Positions 11,811-20,700 of a stretch of DNA of 64,000 bases are shown here, piece after piece. The notes beneath the pieces are model-generated. The model made no database searches. It saw only the letters and a program-made list of their open reading frames with translations, and was not told the DNA's origin. A program made the translations under genes and the position numbers. The stretch spans positions 682,001 through 746,000 of the forward strand of contig CBFFRQ010000031.1 of NCBI GenBank assembly GCA_965644315.1. The letters run 5' to 3'. This DNA comes from Caecitellus pseudoparvulus. Its lineage: Eukaryota; Protista; Bigyra: Bicosoecida. The stretch's first letter is position 1, and each line of letters begins with the position of its first letter.

Positions 11811-14300
11811 TCAAGTCACGCTGGGGGGGGAGGTCGCGGCCAGCCAGGGTGCACCTGTGGTGCCGCTGTGGCGTTCTCCTGCGCTTGCAGTGTCCACCAG
11901 CTGCGCCAAGTGTGCCCACATGTCTGCCTCCCCCACCACCGACGTAAGAAGATCTGCAATGGGTGAAGGCTTGGCGTTGCCCAAGACAACGCCGACCACA
12001 GGGGCCACCCAGCCGCGCCCACGCAAGGATTGAATCATGCGAGTGTCGGTCTCCAAGGCGCCTTCCAACTCCAGCACGAGCACTGTACCGCCAACATGGG
12101 TGTCTGTGTACCGACCTATGTTGCTAAGGAAGCCCTCTGGCGACTCTGGCTCCACCTGCGGCACGTCGTGGCCTGCCCTCCACTGCCTGGCCCAGCGCTC
12201 CCGAACGGCGGCAGTGCGGGACACGAAGAAGACCCGAACTGCAGGTTCATGCTCTGCTTCACTCGTTGCAGTTCTCTCTGATATTGCAGGGGGTACGCCA
12301 CGCCGAGAGGTCGCGTTGATCACGACGGTGTCCTCTCCATCTGCCCTCAACGCCCGCACGCCTGCCTGGGCGACTGTGAACCAGACGCCGTTGGCACTCT
12401 GCAAGGCAGAGGTGGGGTCCATGAGGGCCCCCATTTCTCCAGAGAAAGCAGTTTGCACTACAAGCTGCAGGGTCTGCAAGGGCTGGCTGCTGTGGATAAG
12501 CGAGATGGAGGCAGGGTGGCTGGAACCCAGCAGAGCCTTGGGGGCGCCGGGTGCGTTTTCCCCCGCGACCTGAACCAACATATACGTGCTGGTCGGCGTC
12601 ACATGCCCTGCTGTGCCACGTGACAGGCGGCACCCACAGAGGGAGCATGTGCTTTTCTTCTGCCTGCTCAGCGGGATCGGGCGCGGCTCTAAGCGCACCT
12701 GGATGTCCACTGTGCCCATCGGCTGCACTCGCTGTAGTGCCTGGGACATGCACACCGCAATCGCATTTGCCAGCCTCCCGGTGTCCAAGTCAAGTTGCTT
12801 GGGTACGGCGCGGCTGACTTTTAGCTGAACCCGCACATCCTTGATCAGTCTGTACTGCGTCAGGAGGGAGGACAGGAACAGACGGACGTCTGTCGTGCTG
12901 ACGCTGTGCTCCCCAAGCGCAGAGTGAAAGAGAACTTCGTGCTTGTGCTGAATACCGCTTCGCACTGCGCTTGACAGGGCGTTCATGGAGGTGGTGATGG
13001 CCTGCATGGCAGCTCGAAAGCGCTCGTGGGCGGTGTCCCGGGCTGGCAGGGTGGACTGCATGGTCTCCATTTGAGCAGCAATGGTCGCCAGCGGCTGCTG
13101 CAGCATGGTGAGGGTGTCTTCAAGCACCCGTGCTCCAGAGCGCTTTCTTGACGAGTCTGCGTGGAACCAAAGGCCTGCGACGACGGCGATGGCAGTGCAC
13201 GAGGCTGCGGCCGCAGCAATGAGCAACCCCAAGCCTAGCTTTAGACTCGCCACCCGGCGTGCTTCATGGCGAACCTCTTGGTCAACGTAGGCATTGGATG
13301 CAATCTTTGCATACTCCCTAAGCGTCTGCTGCACCCCCAGTAGACGCTCCAGCCAGTCCTCTGGCAGAGCCAGCTGTTCGTGGTCCCCGCTGACACGCTG
13401 CATCGTGGACACAGCGGCTTGGACGAGTTGTGCCGTGAGCAAGAGCGCAGACTTCTTGCCCTTGGACACCGTGGCTTCTGCAGTGCTCATGACACTTGGT
13501 GCAATGCCAGACGAAGGCGAGACAGACCTGAGCATGGCATCCCACAGCACCAGCGTGTCCGTGACTTGCCGCAGCAAGTACAGCGGGGCTGGGCCAATCG
13601 CTGTCAGGTTATCGGCATAGTGATACAGGAGAAAGTTGGTTGCGGCATCCGTTGCGAGAGACTGAGCCGCAATCGGCATGGCGTACACTGAGTGCTGAAA
13701 GCGCTCGTGCTCGCCAACCTCCATCAGCCCCGCCCACATTGGATCCACAATGCTAGACAGCCAGGCGAGGTGGCAACCAGATGTTGTCAACCTGGGAACA
13801 ACAAAGCCTGGTTCCACATACCACTGTGGCACAGGGGTTGTACAAGCTGCAGCCCCCATCGTCCTCCAAGCATCCGCTGTGCGACACTTGTGTCGGACCA
13901 TGCTCAGAGTCTCTTGCACAGGCTCCAGTTGTCGCAGGATTCCTTTCACGTGTGCGTTCACACCGGTACTCTCCTGCAGGGCAAAGAGCCGCTGTAGGGC
14001 GGCATCGGTTGCTTGCTGCTGCTTCATCACAAGCTGGTACTTCCCTGCGTACAGTGGGCTGTGGGACTGGCACATGGCCATCATCGTGTGGGCCTGAAGC
14101 TCAGCAAAACTCTGCATCATGGCCTCACTGATGGCCGAAGCTCCCAACAACAAGCTGCGCTTTGATTCTAACGCCTGTTCGCGGCTGTGGGCATGCTCCG
14201 ACAGCGCGTGTGAAACGTATGCAAAGACCGCAGCCCAGCCGAGCACCAGCACAATGACTCCTACAAACGCAGCAAGCCTCCAGTTCCTGCCCACTCCCAT
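11811..14300 (-). CDS. Two-TM sensor protein with degenerate histidine kinase and receiver-like domains
   Basis: Intronless, 829 aa. TM, long loop, TM, then TLTMLQQPLATI (H-box-like), VPKQLDLDTGRLANAIAVCMSQAL...GTVDIQV (HATPase N-box-like), and a C-terminal receiver-like alpha/beta pattern. Confidence 0.65.
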   Translation of the reverse strand: MGVGRNWRLAAFVGVIVLVLGWAAVFAYVSHALSEHAHSREQALESKRSLLLGASAISEAMMQSFAELQAHTMMAMCQSHSPLYAGKYQLVMKQQQATDAALQRLFALQESTGVNAHVKGILRQLEPVQETLSMVRHKCRTADAWRTMGAAACTTPVPQWYVEPGFVVPRLTTSGCHLAWLSSIVDPMWAGLMEVGEHERFQHSVYAMPIAAQSLATDAATNFLLYHYADNLTAIGPAPLYLLRQVTDTLVLWDAMLRSVSPSSGIAPSVMSTAEATVSKGKKSALLLTAQLVQAAVSTMQRVSGDHEQLALPEDWLERLLGVQQTLREYAKIASNAYVDQEVRHEARRVASLKLGLGLLIAAAAASCTAIAVVAGLWFHADSSRKRSGARVLEDTLTMLQQPLATIAAQMETMQSTLPARDTAHERFRAAMQAITTSMNALSSAVRSGIQHKHEVLFHSALGEHSVSTTDVRLFLSSLLTQYRLIKDVRVQLKVSRAVPKQLDLDTGRLANAIAVCMSQALQRVQPMGTVDIQVRLEPRPIPLSRQKKSTCSLCGCRLSRGTAGHVTPTSTYMLVQVAGENAPGAPKALLGSSHPASISLIHSSQPLQTLQLVVQTAFSGEMGALMDPTSALQSANGVWFTVAQAGVRALRADGEDTVVINATSRRGVPPAISERTATSEAEHEPAVRVFFVSRTAAVRERWARQWRAGHDVPQVEPESPEGFLSNIGRYTDTHVGGTVLVLELEGALETDTRMIQSLRGRGWVAPVVGVVLGNAKPSPIADLLTSVVGEADMWAHLAQLVDTASAGERHSGTTGAPWLAATSPPSVT

Positions 14301-14776
14301 GACCTGTGGCTAATTGGAAGCAGGGAGCAGCTCCCGAAGCCGCCAAGTCGCAGTTTGCCAAGGGCGGCTCACACTGCACAGCGTCAAAGTTTAGCCTTTC
14401 TGCGTTGTGGCGGCGCACTGCCTGTGGTGCTGTGCTGCCCGGCAATCGAGAAGGCGGGCGCAGCACAGCTTCGCCTAGAGGTTGAAGGGCCGGAACTGTG
14501 TTGCGGGAATAGCCGATTCGGGCCTTCTTGATCTGATCTGAGCAGCGAATCGCTCTGCGCACCTGTCTCAGCAGCAGGATAATCGTCCTGCGACAGGCGT
14601 CACAACTGGTGCGCGGCAAACAATTTCCAGGACGGTTCCACTGCGTCTCACGGGCATTATATTGCCAAAGTAGCCCGAGGGCTGCGCGGTTTCGCGCTGG
14701 CTGCGTTGCAACGGGCGCGTCGAGCTGAGCATTGTGCGGAAACTGGACCGGCCGCACCGCCGACCTGCAAAACGGC

Positions 14777-17700
14777 ATGGAAGAACTGTCGGGTGTCCTG
14801 TGGAAACACGCAGAGTATTGCGCAGCGCACTCACCATTAACCCTTGCTCACGCCTCATTTCGGTGGGGATGCAGGGCTCAGCCCGGATCCCGGGAAACAC
14901 TTGGCGTGGTGGCCGAGCCTTCCGGCGCCGCAGCCGCAGCCTGCCGCGCAGGGGAGGACGCATGCGGTGCGTCAAGTGCAACCCTCGCTGGGGAGACAGT
15001 GGCATGGGTGCCGCTGGCTGAGGAATGGCGCAGTATCCAAGCTGCTGTGCTGCAGTGGAGTGCATCGCTCATCAGCGCTTCCTCAACATTCACTGAGGTC
15101 GCCGCTATCCGGGCGCTGGACTTTGTGATCAAGACTGTTTCTTCGCGTGCACAAGCATTCCAGGAGCTTGGAATGGAATGCCAGGATGCTTTAAGAGAAG
15201 CCCTGAGTGTACTTGTCCGCAATGCGTGCGCTGAGCCTGGAGAGGCGGCCTTCGCCTCCGAGTTCGCAACACGGCACCAGCGGCCCATGCGATTCGGAGG
15301 GAGCGCGCCGAAAGCAGCGGCCAGCGAAGGCGGAGATGCCGACCACCCTTGGTCCAGCAGCATGTATGAGCCAGAGTGGCTGGCCCTGGAGCTCGTGGGG
15401 CCGAGCTGCATCGCTATGGGAGAGGTCCACACGCTGCTCGCCAGCGCTGTCGACACAGAGCAGGCGCTAGATGGCAGGGGGTCTGCCCATCAAGCCGCCC
15501 GCCTGCACATCATCTCACGCCTCTCAGCCTTGGACGCATCCCTGCTTGAGCTGACCCTGCATCTCCTGCGATCCGCGGCGGCCCAGGGGGAGGCTGTGCC
15601 GCAAGGGCTGCACCAACAGTTGCTTGCCCGCCTCATCGCTCGCTTTTCCAGCAGCATGTGTGCGAATATGGCAGATCCCACATCCCTGAAAGTTCTGGAT
15701 GCTCAGTCCATCTCGCCCACCATGCTTCGAGCCGCTGCAATCTTGACGCTTGGGCCGGGCGAGCAAGAGCAACCTCTCATCTTGCTTGAGCGTACGCTTC
15801 GTGTCCTGCAGCTTGAGCAGCGCTTTGAAGGTGACCTCGCCCAAGAAGAGCTGGAAGACCATGAACTAGATCTGCAAGTGCATCGCCTTTTGTTGCTGCA
15901 GGTGGCTTTGAGCGTTTGGACCCGCAACGCAGATGCGGCGGGCAACTTGGCTGCAAATACCGTCTGCGCTCAACGCCTCTCGAAGATTGGGGCTGAAATG
16001 CCCTCGCCGGAAGATCCCCCAGGCGTGCTATCGAAAGCAAGAAAACGCCTGTGTCCGGGATCGTTGTTCACATTGAGCGGAACGGAGCAAGGGCCGAGGT
16101 TTGCAGTCGGTGATGAGGTCAGTTCTCTGTGGAGCGGAGGAGGCAATTCGTCAATCTTCCCCGGGAGGGTGTCCGCAGTGAAGAAAGAGGAAGATGGCTT
16201 CCATTTTGACATTGCATACGATGATGGGGATCGAGACGTTGGCCAGGTGGCTACAAATGTCTTTCCAAGAGGAGCATTCGACCGAACGTGGGCTTCCTTG
16301 CCTTACCTGCATGGCCTGGTCCTTGAAGAGGCGCCTGGGCACCCGGTCGATGATGTTGCCCAGCGGCTATTCCGAGTTGCGCTGTTGGGACCGCCTAAAG
16401 TCGTCGGCGAGCGTTCACAGCTGCTTGTGGGCTTCATCCGTGAGGCAGCCCTTGAACCTGCCTCTATGTCAACACCCTTTCCAGACTGGCTGCCATCTTA
16501 CCTAGTGCGCACTCCCGCAGGCTCTCTCGGATTCATCAAAGGTCGGTCCTTGCCGCAACAAGGGGCTGCGCCGCCTGGGGCTGTTCTGGTCGTTCATGCG
16601 CTGGCTGGGGGAGGGCAAGGGGGCTCTAGCTTTGAAGAGTCCACTGATGCAGCAGCTCTGCAGTCAATCACTTCTATGTCTGGCGCATTGACGGCGGCCG
16701 TGCAAGGTCCGCAAAGCGCCACGAAGAGTCTTCACCGCACCCAAGCCATGGCTGACATGGCAACCGTGCTGTGGGAGTCTCTCAAGTTGGACGCCAGTGT
16801 GACTCTGAAGGAGCTCTGTGCAAGTACCACTGGCTCAGTTCATGAAAGCGTGCCTCATGCCGCAGCATTTGTCGTGTTCACAACTGTGCTCAGGGCTCTC
16901 GCAGCCACAGTTGCGGCCACTGCGTTTGCGAATCTGCCCGGTCGGGCGCACAAGGCTTGTGAGTTCCTGAACACTGCCATGCAGATTGGCATCAAGCAAG
17001 GGAAAGTGTGCCCGACTGCACGTCCCGACGTGGATGCAGCTGTGGCAACTCTGGCTGCCAGTGAATGCCATGCTCTGAACTGCGTGCGCAGCTTCGTACA
17101 GTTCCTTCGCCCCTGCACGAGTCAAAGCCCTGCCGCGTGCCTTGCTCATGGTTTTCTTGCCAGCCAGGGCTGGATCCACTTTGGGAACTGGCTTCGAGCT
17201 GCTGGTCATAGCGCAGGGGGATCGGTAGTGGGCGCTTTGGACAGTATCCTTCAACAAAGCGCTCAGCCACGTCACTCCATGGAAGCGCTTTCGAGTGTGT
17301 ACGACTTGCTCTCAGCCTCCTTTAGGGCAGCTGGTCGCTTCCTCCCTGACTCAGCTCTCCTAGTGCATGGTTTCGCACAGTCTGTGCAAGTTGTTCTCGT
17401 CAGGCGCCTGAAACGTTTGCTCCCTGACTTCCTCCCAGAGTTGTCAAACTGCATGACAAAGCTGCTGACTCAAGATGGCCGTCTTGCAGATGAACAAGCA
17501 AGCATGCAAGTTTTAAAGGCGGTCAGGCTTTTGGTTGAAGTGCTCACACTCCGTATTGGTGTGCCTCAAGGAATTGGCTCCGCTCTCCCGCTCTTGGCTC
17601 TTGCCGCCCAGTCGGGTATTTGTGTCGGGGCTCTCATGGGCCAAGCCAATGATTCGCTGGATGCCTGCATCCCCGAGCAGCTTACACACCTTCCTGCTGA

Positions 17701-20700
17701 TGAGATGAAGTCGGCGCTGCGCCACATTGCACTCACTCTGCCGGACCTTTGTGAAACTACCCACCTGGAGCCCTTGCTTGAAGCTGTTCGAAGTGCGCCT
17801 CTGGTTCACCATGCGCACAAGGGCTCGGCGAGTGCACGCTGCACTCTCCTTGCGAACCCCCTAATGCCGACTGCTGCCTTGATCTGGCACGACCCGGGCA
17901 CGCTGCTGCTGTGCGCAGCATGGGGACAAGCCCTCCAGCGCACGATTCGGCGCCAGCTCTTGAGTGCCCTGTCTGCAAGCCTGACAAGCGTGCCAGACGC
18001 AATCCGCATTGCAGCTGCGTGCTCCACATTGCTACACACAGCCCTGCATCAGGTCCCAACCCTCGCTTTCCCCAATGCTCCGGTTTGCAGGAGCCATGCA
18101 ACTCCGCTGGCACTTGCTGTGCTGCGGCAGACAACTGCCAGTCAGCAGGCCACAGCAGCTACGAAGATTTGCCGAGTGCTCGCGCTCCTCTCGCATCCCG
18201 ACGCTCAAGACTGCGTTGGGCCTGCTCATCGCTTGCTGCATGGTGCGAAGGCTAGGGTGAGCCCTGTAGAGGTGCTCAGGGTGTCCATTGCGAGCATGGC
18301 AGATCTTACAGCCGCTTTGGGCTGCGCAGAGCTGGTTGAGGCTTCCTTAACTCCCACCATTGGCTGCCGCCTTCTTCGCAAGGAGTGCTCCCCAGAAGCT
18401 GTCGCCGCCTGGGTGGCATCGTGGGACCTGAAGCCACCAACCCGTCAGGTAGATCCCGCAAGCTCTGTTGCACGGCCAGTTTTGCACGCATGGCATGCAG
18501 GTACAGCCGCAGGCTTACATAGCAGCTGCATCTCGGACTTGGAAAGCAAGCATTTTCTTGCAAAGCCTTACATGCCAAGCCAAGAAAACAGAGTCGAGCG
18601 ACTGTGCCTGAAGCTTGGCGAAGAGCAACAGCCCGCCCACTTTAACCTGGGCGTGCTGCCAAGATCAGCAGACTTGCAAGCCACGCGTCGAGAATCATGG
18701 ACGTCGCTCCGCAAAATGATTCGCAGCTTTCAGTGCGACTGGCAAAGCTCTTGGTCGACTTCCACTTCCAGCCAAGCCGAAGGATCCCCCTTTAGCATGA
18801 ACCCCATCCCTGCGCTGGGCAGAGAGAGTGCTGCTACAGCCACGTCCGCCTTCATCGGGCCAGCCTCAGTGTGGCGCTCAGTGTCATCCGCTGGTCCGAT
18901 GCAGCTTTCTCTACCACCTGCGCTGAGAAAAGGGCTGCTTGCCGCTGAGGCTGCCTACAGCACTCTTTGGCCCAACAGACAGGTCGTTTGGGATCTGCCT
19001 TCCAGTGAAGCGCACATCGAGGCATGGCTTCCTTTGTGGAAGGGCGTTGTCGTCCTGGATGGCATTTCCGCCAGCATTCTGCTGCTCTTCCAGACGACCT
19101 CCTGCAGCATGACTGCCCCCAGGCTTTCTGTGCGGCAAATAGCAGCGCGCTTGGGCATTCCATTGCCCCTGCACAGGCAAGCTGCGACAGCTTTGTTGAA
19201 GTTGGTCAGCCCAGGCCAGGCAATTCTCACATGCAGCCTCGTGCCTGGCGGGAACGCATACACAGGGACCCCCACATTTCCTCCAGACTGTGTCTTCGAG
19301 TTGAACCACAAATTCTTCGTTCCGGAGGAGGTGGTTGAGCTGCGCAGGAGGTATACAGGCCGCGACCCTGCCGTTGACGAAGGGCAGGTCCGGGCCTGGC
19401 GACGTTCCTTGACGAAAGCAGTCATCACTCGACACCTGAAGTCAGTGAAGGATGTCTCCTTCAAGAACTTGCATGGCGCCATTTCGGAGGCGCTGCAACA
19501 CCTCTTTCCCGTGTCACCGGCAGAGACCCGAGACTGTATCATGGAGTTGCAGGCCTGTGGCATGCTGTTTTCGTCATGCGATGCAGACGCACCTTCCCCG
19601 GATGTACCGCCGAGCTTGATGACCTGCTTCACGGAAATGAAGCTGGCATACTGCCCAGACCCTCTCCTGGTGCAGGCACAAGCAACTACGGACCCAGCAT
19701 GGAGCCGCTCCGCGCCGGCGCCTGCCCCCCCTCCTCCAGAAATCGAAGCTCTCCCGGAACCTCCTCAGCAACCGCCGCTTGTAAAGTCAGATCGATCAAC
19801 CATTGCTGACCAGTCGTTGCTCATTCCTTCAGCCATGCACGGCCTTGAGCTGTCACTGCTGCCGCCAGACTTTGGACCATGGACCTCGGCCCTCAGAGTG
19901 ATGGAGAAACGGAACCCTGCGAGCACCACCGGCTTGCGCTGGATGATGAAGCAAGCTGCCATTCTTTCAAACACTTGCGGGATCTTGTTCGAAGAAGGCA
20001 TGCTGATGCTTGCTGCCGAGGGTGGCTGCGTTGACGTTGCTGTGGAGCGCTTCCTGGCCTGCCCACTTGAGCAGGCTCTGCGATGTGGCTTGCCTCCAGG
20101 CAGGTTACGAAGGCACACACTGAACTGTGTAGCAAAAGGAATGCCGCCTCTTTGCGCTGCTATCGGCGGCTTCCCATCTCGAGATTCTGCACGTGCCGTG
20201 CCCTGTGAAGAGTTGGCACAAGTGCTGGCTGACTTTCGTCAGCTTCCTCGAGGTGCTGCGTCTGGACAGGTGGCCGTCAGCGGAGCGATTCCGCTGTCCC
20301 TCAATGCTCTGGATTGCTGCCATTCGGGAGTTTGGAGCGCGGAGGCGTCCCTTGAAGAGGCTCTCTCAGCAGACCGCTGCGCCGCGCGCTCCGCACTGGA
20401 AGGCATCGACTGCCCCGTGTGCTTGGATGAAGTCCCAAGGTCAGAGTTGTGGCAACCCTGGTGTGCACATGTGGCATGTATGAATTGCTGGCACGAGCAC
20501 GTTTCCGCTGAGCTTGCTCGTGGGTCACCTTGGCTGACTTGCATGATGTCTGGATGTCGGGCATGCGTGTCCCTGGGCGACCTGGCTCAGATCCTGGACA
20601 AATCTGGGGGCTCAGCTGGGGGTGCTCCTGCGCACGAACATACGATTGCGGCTTATGCTACACGGTTTCTCAAGCTGGCACTATCAGCAAAGGGGCTGCC

